A stretch of 37,466 bases of DNA from Deltaproteobacteria bacterium. Its GTDB lineage: Bacteria > Desulfobacterota > Desulfobulbia > Desulfobulbales > VMSU01. Below are positions 7,708 to 15,053 of this stretch, in pieces. The notes under the pieces were generated by a model that saw only the letters and a program-made list of their open reading frames with translations, had not been told where the DNA came from and searched no databases. The stretch's first letter is position 1, and the number at the start of each line of letters is the position of its first letter. Made by a program: the position numbers and the translations under genes. The DNA lies in the NCBI GenBank assembly GCA_021789795.1, contig JAJYJA010000001.1, positions 1-37,466 of the forward strand, read 5' to 3'.

Positions 7708-9780
7708 ATGGACAAGCAGCTTCTCTTTGAAATCGGCGCCGAGGAGATCCCCGCCGGCTATCTCCTGCCGGCGGTGGAGGCCCTGGCCGCCAACCTGGGC
7801 CAAGGCCTGCGCGGCCTGGGCCTATCCTTCCAGGGAATCGGCGCCGCCGTCACCCCCCGCCGGCTGGTGGTGCGGGTTGATGGCCTGATCCCCCGCCAGC
7901 CGGACCGGGTGGAGGAGGTCATGGGCCCGGCCAAGAAGGCCGCCTTCACCGCCGACGGCCAGCCCACCAAGGCCGCCCTGGGCTTCGTAAGCTCCAGAAA
8001 CGCCTCCCTCTCCGACCTCAAGACCGTCCAGACCCCCAAGGGCGAATACCTCATGCTCCGCCAGGAGCGCCCCGGCCAGGATACCCGCGAACTCCTGCCC
8101 GAGCTGCTGGCCGAGATGATCCGCCAGGTGCCCTTTCCCAAGTCCATGCGCTGGGGCAGCGCCAAGACCACCTTCGCCCGGCCCATCCAGTGGCTTGTCG
8201 CCCTCTACGACGGCCAGACCGTGCCGCTCACGGTCGAGGGCGCGGGCGCGGCGGGCGAGGTGACCTACGGCCACCGCTTCATGGCTCCGCAAGCGATAAA
8301 AGTAAGGGATTATGACCAGTACGTGGCCGCCCTGCGGGAGGCCGGGGTGCTGGTCGAGCCCGAGGAGCGCCAGGCCCGGGTGCGGGCCGAGATCGACCGG
8401 GCGGCGGCGGCGGTGGGCGGGACTATCCTGCCCGACCCGGAGCTGGTGGACACGGTGGCCAACCTGGTGGAGTCGCCCCACGCCCTGGCCGGCTCCTTTG
8501 ACCCCAAGTTCCTGGCCCTGCCCCAGGACGCCCTGATCACCTCCATGCGCGAGCATCAGAAATACTTCGCCGTCCTGGACGAGCGGGGCCGGCTCAAGGC
8601 CAACTTCGTGGCCGTCAACAACACTAAGGTCAAGGACGCGGCCCTGGGCGCGGCTGGCCATCAGCGGGTGCTGCGGGCCCGGCTGGAGGACGGGCTGTTC
8701 TTCTTCCGCGAGGATCAAAAACAGCCGCTCGCCCAGCGGGTGGCGGGGCTCGAAGGCCTGGTCTTCCAGAACCGCCTGGGCACCATGCGGGAGAAGACCG
8801 AGCGGGTGCGGGCCTTAGCCCGCGCCCTGGCCGCCCGCCTGGCCCCCGAGCGGGTGGAGTTGGTGGACCGGGCCGCCTATCTCGCCAAGGCCGACCTCTT
8901 GACCGCCATGGTCAACGAGTTCCCCTCCCTGCAAGGGGCGATGGGCCGGGATTACGCCCGCCTAAACGGCGAGGACGAACAGGTGGCAATCGCCATCCAC
9001 GAGCACTACCTGCCGGTGCGGGCCGAGGGTCAACTGCCGGAGGGGGTGATCGGCGCCATCGTCGGCATCGCCGACCGCATCGACACCATCGCCGGCTGCT
9101 TCGGCATCGGCCAGGCGCCCACCGGCTCCACCGACCCCTTCGGCCTGCGCCGCCAGGCCCTGGGGCTGATCCGCATCGTCGAGCGCCACGGCTTTTCCCT
9201 CTCGCTCACCGCGCTGATCGCTCAAGCCCTGACCCTGTACGCCGATAAGCTTAGCGAGGGGCGGGAGGCGGCTTTAGCCCCCATCCTGGAGTTCATCCGG
9301 GGCCGCTACAGCAACGACCAGACGGCCCGAGGCGTCGAGCCCGAGGCGGTGGAGGCGGCGGTGTCGGTGGCCTTCGACGACCTGGCCGACTGCGGACGCC
9401 GGATCAAGGCCCTGACCGAGATCAGCCGTCAGCCCGCCTTCCCGCTCCTGGCCGGGGCCTTCAAGCGGGTGATGAACATCATCAAGGGCCGGCGGGAGAC
9501 GGGGGCGGTAAACCCCGGCCTGTTCGCCGACCCGGCGGAGACCGCCCTGCACCAGGCCCTGACCGAGACCCACACCCAGGCCCAGCCCGCAATCGACCAG
9601 GGCGATTACCTGGCCGCCCTGACCGCGATCCTGCGGCTCAAGGGCCCGGTGGACGTATTTTTCGAGCAGGTGATGGTGATGGCCGACGATCCCGCGGTGC
9701 GGGAAAACCGTCTGCGGCTTCTGGCCGCCATCGCCGCCCTCTTCCTGCAGATCGGCGACCTGTCGAAATTCAGCCGCTAA
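7708..9780 (+). CDS. glyS: Glycine--tRNA ligase beta subunit
   Basis: MDKQLLFEIGAEEIPAGYL, RRLVV, FPKSMRWG and the length (690 aa) are typical of GlyS. Confidence 0.95.
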   Translation: MDKQLLFEIGAEEIPAGYLLPAVEALAANLGQGLRGLGLSFQGIGAAVTPRRLVVRVDGLIPRQPDRVEEVMGPAKKAAFTADGQPTKAALGFVSSRNASLSDLKTVQTPKGEYLMLRQERPGQDTRELLPELLAEMIRQVPFPKSMRWGSAKTTFARPIQWLVALYDGQTVPLTVEGAGAAGEVTYGHRFMAPQAIKVRDYDQYVAALREAGVLVEPEERQARVRAEIDRAAAAVGGTILPDPELVDTVANLVESPHALAGSFDPKFLALPQDALITSMREHQKYFAVLDERGRLKANFVAVNNTKVKDAALGAAGHQRVLRARLEDGLFFFREDQKQPLAQRVAGLEGLVFQNRLGTMREKTERVRALARALAARLAPERVELVDRAAYLAKADLLTAMVNEFPSLQGAMGRDYARLNGEDEQVAIAIHEHYLPVRAEGQLPEGVIGAIVGIADRIDTIAGCFGIGQAPTGSTDPFGLRRQALGLIRIVERHGFSLSLTALIAQALTLYADKLSEGREAALAPILEFIRGRYSNDQTARGVEPEAVEAAVSVAFDDLADCGRRIKALTEISRQPAFPLLAGAFKRVMNIIKGRRETGAVNPGLFADPAETALHQALTETHTQAQPAIDQGDYLAALTAILRLKGPVDVFFEQVMVMADDPAVRENRLRLLAAIAALFLQIGDLSKFSR

Positions 9781-9788
9781 ACGAGCCG

Positions 9789-9998
9789 ATGCGCGTCAGC
9801 CACATCACCGATTACCTGGCCAAGGCCAACGCCTTCTTCACCCACAGCGCCCTGTCCGCCAACCTGCAACGCCAGGTGGACGGCAACCGCGACCTGCTGG
9901 CCAACATCGCCCGCCGGGCCGGCAACGACATCGCCAGTCAAGCGATCGTCGAGTCCCGGCGCCAGATCTACGGCGGGGCGGTGGATCGTTTAGTCTGA
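9789..9998 (+). CDS. Hypothetical small protein (69 aa)
   Basis: Strong third-position GC bias in this frame. The ATG lies 9 nt after the glyS stop. I recognise no family. Confidence 0.5.
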   Translation: MRVSHITDYLAKANAFFTHSALSANLQRQVDGNRDLLANIARRAGNDIASQAIVESRRQIYGGAVDRLV

Positions 9999-10031
9999 GG
10001 CCCTGGTATTCTAACCCTAGGAGAACCCACC

Positions 10032-10616
10032 ATGCGTAAAGTTATCCTCTTCCTGCTACTCGGCTTTCTGGCCGTCAACCTCGCCGGCTGCGGCTACAAC
10101 ACCATCCAGGCCAACGACGAGGCGGTGACCGCCGCCTGGGGCGACGTGGAGGCCGCCTACCAGCGCCGGGCCGACCTGATCCCCAACCTGGTGGAGACGG
10201 TGAAGGGCTACGCCGCCCACGAGAAGGACACCCTGATCGCGGTCACCGAGGCCCGGGCCAAGGTGGGCCAGATCAAGGTGGGGGCCGAGGTGATGAAAGA
10301 CCCCCAGGCCTTCGCCAAGTTCGAGGCCGCCCAGGGGGGCTTGAGCTCCGCCCTCTCCCGGCTGATGGTGGTGGTGGAAAAATATCCCGACCTGAAGGCC
10401 AACCAGTCGTTCCAGGACTTCCAGCACCAACTGGAGGGCACCGAGAACCGGATCAACGTCGCCCGGGTGCGCTACAACCAGGCGGTGCAGGCCTTTAACA
10501 CCTCGATCCGCACCTTTCCCAACAACCTGACCAACAACTTCCTGCTCCACCTCTCCCGCCGGGAGCCGTTCAAGGCCGAGGCGGGCGCCGCCAAGGCCCC
10601 GAGCGTCAAGTTCTGA
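10032..10616 (+). CDS. lemA: LemA family protein
   Basis: AGGAG RBS and an N-terminal anchor/lipobox (LAGCGYNT). WGDVEAAYQRRADLIPNLVETVKGYAAHE and FNTSIRTFPNN are LemA signatures. Confidence 0.9.
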   Translation: MRKVILFLLLGFLAVNLAGCGYNTIQANDEAVTAAWGDVEAAYQRRADLIPNLVETVKGYAAHEKDTLIAVTEARAKVGQIKVGAEVMKDPQAFAKFEAAQGGLSSALSRLMVVVEKYPDLKANQSFQDFQHQLEGTENRINVARVRYNQAVQAFNTSIRTFPNNLTNNFLLHLSRREPFKAEAGAAKAPSVKF

Positions 10617-10664
10617 TGGCGTCGCCAACAGACCGATCTACGGCGTTTTGCGAGATCATCAATT

Positions 10665-11576
10665 TTGACCGGGATACCGCAGGTGCGTCTTAACCTCTCA
10701 CCAGCTCGCCTGCGGCTGGCCGTCCTTTGGCTGGCCTTGGCCGGGATCCTGGCCCTGACCGCCCCCGCCTGGGGGCTTGAGCCGCCCGCCTTCCACGGCT
10801 ACGTCAACGACTACGCCCACCTGCTCCGGCCGGAGACGGTACAGCTCCTGGATCAGGCCTTAAGCGACTTCGACCGCTCCGACTCCACCCAGGTGGCGGT
10901 GCTGACCATTGACTCCCTGGCGGGCGACAACCTGGAGGACTTCAGCATCCGCACCGCCGAGCGCTGGAAGATCGGCCAGAAGGGCAAGGACAACGGCGTC
11001 CTGCTGCTGGTGGTAAAAAATGACCACAAGCTGCGGATCGAGGTGGGCCGGGGCCTGGAGGGGGTGCTGACCGACCTGCTGGCGGGCCGGATCGTCGATA
11101 ACGTCATCCGCCCCCTGTTTAAAGAGGGCCGCTACGACGAGGGGGTCAAGGCCGGGGTGGGGGCGATCATCCAGGCCTGCCGGGGCGAGTTCAAGGCCGA
11201 CCCCCGCGCCCTGGCCCGGCGCGCTCAGGGCCAGGGGCCGCCGCCGGCCTTGGCCTATTTCCTCTTTGGCTTCCTGGCCATCGCCTTCTTGGGCCGGATG
11301 TCCAAACCCCTGGGGATAGTGGCCGGGGCGGTGCTGCTGCCGCTCGCCGTCTTTCTCGGGCTGGGCTCGCTCGGCTGGCTGGCGCTCCTCATCCTCTTGC
11401 CCGCCGGGGCCTTGGGTGGCTTTCTGCTGCCCCTCATCCTCGCCAACCTGCTCTTTGGCGGCGGGGGCGGGTTTGGCGGCTTCGGGGGCGGCGGCTTCGG
11501 CGGGGGTGGGGACAGCGGCTTCGGCGGCTTTGGCGGCGGTGATTTCGGAGGCGGCGGCGCCTCGGGGGGTTGGTGA
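10665..11576 (+). CDS. TPM-domain protein (YgcG-like) with C-terminal TM segments and a Gly/Phe-rich tail
   Basis: YVNDYAHLL...QVAVLTIDSL....LLLVVKNDHKLRIEVGRGLEG is TPM/methanol-dehydrogenase-beta-like. The tail is GGGGFGGFGGGGFGGGGDSGFGGFGGGDFGGGGASGGW. The start is uncertain (TTG 10665 or GTG 10683). Confidence 0.85.
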   Translation: MTGIPQVRLNLSPARLRLAVLWLALAGILALTAPAWGLEPPAFHGYVNDYAHLLRPETVQLLDQALSDFDRSDSTQVAVLTIDSLAGDNLEDFSIRTAERWKIGQKGKDNGVLLLVVKNDHKLRIEVGRGLEGVLTDLLAGRIVDNVIRPLFKEGRYDEGVKAGVGAIIQACRGEFKADPRALARRAQGQGPPPALAYFLFGFLAIAFLGRMSKPLGIVAGAVLLPLAVFLGLGSLGWLALLILLPAGALGGFLLPLILANLLFGGGGGFGGFGGGGFGGGGDSGFGGFGGGDFGGGGASGGW

Positions 11577-12223
11577 TGACAGACGCGGAACATTTCTTTT
11601 CCGAGCCGGAAAAGTTGCAAATCGCCCAGACCATCTCCGAGGTGGAGAAGAGCACCTCGGGCGAGATCCGCCTGCTGGTGGAGGATCGCAGCGACGCCTA
11701 CCCCGAGGCGACCCTGCTGGGCGGCTTGCTGATTGGCGGGATCGTGGCCCTGGCGATCACCGACCGCTTTTTCCACGACTCCCTGTGGGCCTATATCCCC
11801 TGCGCCTTTGTCTGTTTCCTGCTCGCCGGGGCGCTGCTGAAACTACTCCCCGGCCTGCGCCGGCTCTTCGTGTTCGCCCATCGGGCGGAGCGCCGGGTGC
11901 GCGAACACGGGGCGCTGCTCTTCTACGCCCACGGACTGCACAAGACCCGCGAAGGCACCGGGGTGCTATTCCTGCTCTCCCTGTTCGAGAAGCGGGTCTG
12001 GGTCCTGGCCGACGCCGGCATCTACCAGAAGTTGCGCCAGGAGGAGTTGCAGACCTACACCAGCAAGATCGTGGCCGGGATCAGCAAGGGCAACAAGACC
12101 GAGGCCATCTGCGCCGAGATCCGCCGCCTGGGCGAGACCCTGGCCCGGCACTTCCCGCCCCGTCCCGACGACACCGACGAGCTGGCCAACGAGGTCATCG
12201 TCGAGGGCAAGCAACCGGATTGA
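11570..12223 (+). CDS. TPM-domain protein (second member of the LemA-TPM-TPM triad)
   Basis: FFSEPEKLQIAQTISEVEKSTSGEIRLLVE, two TM segments, then GVLFLLSLFEKRVWVLADAGI. Overlaps the upstream gene by 7 nt (GTGATGA). Confidence 0.8.
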   Translation: MVMTDAEHFFSEPEKLQIAQTISEVEKSTSGEIRLLVEDRSDAYPEATLLGGLLIGGIVALAITDRFFHDSLWAYIPCAFVCFLLAGALLKLLPGLRRLFVFAHRAERRVREHGALLFYAHGLHKTREGTGVLFLLSLFEKRVWVLADAGIYQKLRQEELQTYTSKIVAGISKGNKTEAICAEIRRLGETLARHFPPRPDDTDELANEVIVEGKQPD

Positions 12224-12238
12224 GCCGGAGGGCGCCGC

Positions 12239-14200
12239 ATGGAGCAGGAGCACGCCGTCACCTTTCTGCCCGCCAACCGCACGGCCAGGTTGCCGGAGGG
12301 CCTAAGCCTGATCAAGGCGGCCCGGGCCTTGGGGTTGCACATCAACTCCTCCTGCGGCGGGGCCGGGGTGTGCGGCAAGTGCCGGGTGAAGATCGAGCAG
12401 GGCCAGGTCGAGGGCGGGACCAGCGAGAAACTTAGCGCCGCCGATCTGGCCGCCGGCTACCGCCAGGCCTGCACCGCCCTGGTGGCCGGAGAGGTCACGG
12501 TCCGCATCCCGGTGGAGTCGGGGGCGAGCGGCGGCGCCTTCTCCACCGTGGCCCCGGAGCGGCAGCGGGCCCGGATGCACCTCTTCGACCTGGAGGCGTT
12601 GCGGCAGGAGGGGCTGTTCGAGCCGCCGGTGGAGAAGCTCTGCCTGGAGCTGACCCCGCCCAGCCCGGCCGACAACCGGGCCGACGCCGGACGGATGATC
12701 CAGGGCCTGGCCGAGCAGTACGGCCTGCGCCAGGTGGCCGTCAACCTGCCGGTGCTGCGCCGGCTAGGAAGGGTGATGCGGGAGAGAAATTTCCTGATCA
12801 CCGTCACCGTGGCCCGTTCGGTGAACGGCAAGTTCCGCAACCAGATCGTCAACGTCCAGCCCGGCTGCTGGTCGGGCCGCAACTTCGGCCTGGCCATCGA
12901 CATCGGCACCACCACCATCTACGGCCAGCTCCTCGACATGCACAGCGGCGCCATCCTGGCCGAGGAGGGCGACTACAACCCCCAGATCAGCTACGGCGAG
13001 GACGTCATCTCCCGGATCGTCTTCGCGGAGAAGGCCCCCGGCCTGGCCACCATGAACGAGCTGGTGGTGGCGGCCATCAACAACCTCATCCACCGCCTCC
13101 TGGCCCGGCCCCTGCCGCCCTCCCCCGGCCTGAGCGAGACCCCCATCGGCCGGGAGGAGATCAACTCGGTGACCGTGGCCGGCAACACCACCATGACCCA
13201 CCTCTTCCTGGGCCTGGAGCCGGCCCAGATCCGCCGCGCCCCCTACGTGCCGGTCTCCACCTTCTTCCCGCCGCTTAGGGCCACCGACCTGGGGCTCGAT
13301 CTGCCCCCCCACGCCCTGGCCTTGGTCTATCCTTCGGTGTCGAGCTACGTGGGCGGGGACATCGTGGCCGGGGTCATGGGCTCCGGCATGTACCGCACCG
13401 GCCTGCTCACCCTCTACATCGACATCGGCACCAACGCCGAGATCGTCATCGGCAACCGGGAGTGGCTGGTCTGCGCCGCCTGCTCCGCCGGCCCGGCCTT
13501 CGAGGGCGGCGGCATCACCCACGGGATGCGGGCCGCGCGCGGCGCCATCGAGGACTTCAGCTTAAACCCCGAGACCTGGGAGCCGATGAACATCACCATC
13601 GGCGACCGGCCGCCCATCGGCATCTGCGGCTCGGGGCTCTTGATCATCGTCGCCGCCCTGTTCCGACACGGGGCGCTCAACCAGGCGGGCCGCTTCAACC
13701 CCATCGACACCCCTAGGCTGCGGCAGGGCAAAAACGGCATGGAATTCGTCCTGGCCTGGGAGGCGGACGCGGGCGTCGAGCACGACATCGTGATCAACGA
13801 GGTGGACATCGACAACTTCATCCGGGCCAAGGCCGCCATCTTCGCCGGGGCCAAGACCCTGATCGAGGAGGTGGGGCTTGCGGTAGCCGATCTTGAGCAG
13901 ATCATCCTGGCCGGGGCCTTCGGCTCCTACATCGATCTCGACGCCGCCATGACCGTGGGCCTGCTGCCCGAGGTCGCCCCCGAGAAGGTGCTCTACGTCG
14001 GCAACGGCTCGCTGATGGGGGCCCGGATGAGCGAGCTTAGCAACCACATCCGCCGGGACGTGGTGGAGGTGGTGCGCAAGCTGACCAGCTTCGAGCTCTC
14101 CGAGGTGAGGCACTTCAAGGATCAGTACGTCGCCTCCCTCTTCCTGCCCCATACCGACAGCTCCCTGTTTCCCAGGGTTAACAAGTGGCTGAAGCCTTAA
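12239..14200 (+). CDS. 2Fe-2S ferredoxin-ASKHA fusion protein (RACo-like corrinoid activation/regeneration ATPase family)
   Basis: The N-terminus VTFLPANRTARLPEGLSLIKAA...SSCGGAGVCGKCRVKI is plant-type ferredoxin-like. The C-terminal ASKHA motifs are GLAIDIGTTT, LYIDIGTNAE and ICGSG. Confidence 0.8.
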   Translation: MEQEHAVTFLPANRTARLPEGLSLIKAARALGLHINSSCGGAGVCGKCRVKIEQGQVEGGTSEKLSAADLAAGYRQACTALVAGEVTVRIPVESGASGGAFSTVAPERQRARMHLFDLEALRQEGLFEPPVEKLCLELTPPSPADNRADAGRMIQGLAEQYGLRQVAVNLPVLRRLGRVMRERNFLITVTVARSVNGKFRNQIVNVQPGCWSGRNFGLAIDIGTTTIYGQLLDMHSGAILAEEGDYNPQISYGEDVISRIVFAEKAPGLATMNELVVAAINNLIHRLLARPLPPSPGLSETPIGREEINSVTVAGNTTMTHLFLGLEPAQIRRAPYVPVSTFFPPLRATDLGLDLPPHALALVYPSVSSYVGGDIVAGVMGSGMYRTGLLTLYIDIGTNAEIVIGNREWLVCAACSAGPAFEGGGITHGMRAARGAIEDFSLNPETWEPMNITIGDRPPIGICGSGLLIIVAALFRHGALNQAGRFNPIDTPRLRQGKNGMEFVLAWEADAGVEHDIVINEVDIDNFIRAKAAIFAGAKTLIEEVGLAVADLEQIILAGAFGSYIDLDAAMTVGLLPEVAPEKVLYVGNGSLMGARMSELSNHIRRDVVEVVRKLTSFELSEVRHFKDQYVASLFLPHTDSSLFPRVNKWLKP

Positions 14201-14991
14201 TCTTCCCGCTCTTGGCCGGGAATCCCGACCCCTGTTGGCTGGACGGGAAAAGCTATCCGCTCACCGTCCTCTTGGACGGCGTCCCGGAGTACCTGTTTGC
14301 CAAGGGGGTGGCCTCGGCGGCGGCCCTGGCGGCGGTGGCCGCCGACACGGCCCGCCTTTTGTCCACCCGCTATGCCGGACGGCGTTTGCTGCTGGTTGAG
14401 GTGCGGGAGGGGGGCGGGGTCTTTGCCGGCCTGGTGCGCCGGCAGCTGGCGGGCCTGGGGGAGGAGAGCGGACTGCGGGTGGAGACGGGGAGCATCAAGG
14501 TGCGGAGCTACGGCCAGGGAAGCCGGGCCACGGCCCCGCGGGTGGTCGCGCCGCTCTGCGACGCCCGGGGCCGGGAATTTGCCGACTGCTCGGGATTCGA
14601 CGCCGTGGCGCTGCTGGACGACCTGATCGACGCCGGGCACACGGCGGTCTGGCTGGCGGAGACTTATCTGCCCCGGTTCGCGGCCCGGGAGGTCAAGGTC
14701 TGCACCATGCTCGACAAGGCGCGGCCTAGGGGCCGGGAGATCGCGGCGGCGCTGGGCCGGGTGATGCTCTCCTCCGGCCTGCGGGTGGCCGACGACTGGC
14801 TGGTGGGGTACGGCCTGGACCTGACCGTCCCGGGAGGGGGCACGGCACCGGAACTGCACCTCTTCCGCCCGGCCCTGCCCGGCGGGGTTTACGCCTTCAA
14901 CACCGCCCTTGAGCCACGCCTGACCGCCGCCTACCAGGCCGATCCCCAGGGCTTACGCCGGCAGCTCGCCTCTTACGTGAGCGCGGGATAA
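14185..14991 (+). CDS. Divergent, elongated purine (hypoxanthine-type) phosphoribosyltransferase-family protein
   Basis: PRPP loop ALLDDLIDAGHT, plus CTMLDKARPR and DDWLVGYGLD, resemble HPRT. GTG start overlaps the upstream gene by 16 nt. At 268 aa it is much longer than typical HPRT. Confidence 0.6.
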   Translation: MAEALIFPLLAGNPDPCWLDGKSYPLTVLLDGVPEYLFAKGVASAAALAAVAADTARLLSTRYAGRRLLLVEVREGGGVFAGLVRRQLAGLGEESGLRVETGSIKVRSYGQGSRATAPRVVAPLCDARGREFADCSGFDAVALLDDLIDAGHTAVWLAETYLPRFAAREVKVCTMLDKARPRGREIAAALGRVMLSSGLRVADDWLVGYGLDLTVPGGGTAPELHLFRPALPGGVYAFNTALEPRLTAAYQADPQGLRRQLASYVSAG

Positions 14992-15053
14992 AGGTCACGC
15001 GGCGCTCCCGGCCCGTCCTTGCGACTCGATTCGTCCGCCTCCCTTGCGAGGGC

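Noticed and set aside
11440-11576. GGC/TTC-rich nucleotide periodicity resembling a microsatellite.
   Set aside because: It is in frame and encodes the Gly/Phe-rich C-terminal tail typical of YgcG-type TPM proteins. It is imperfect at the DNA level.
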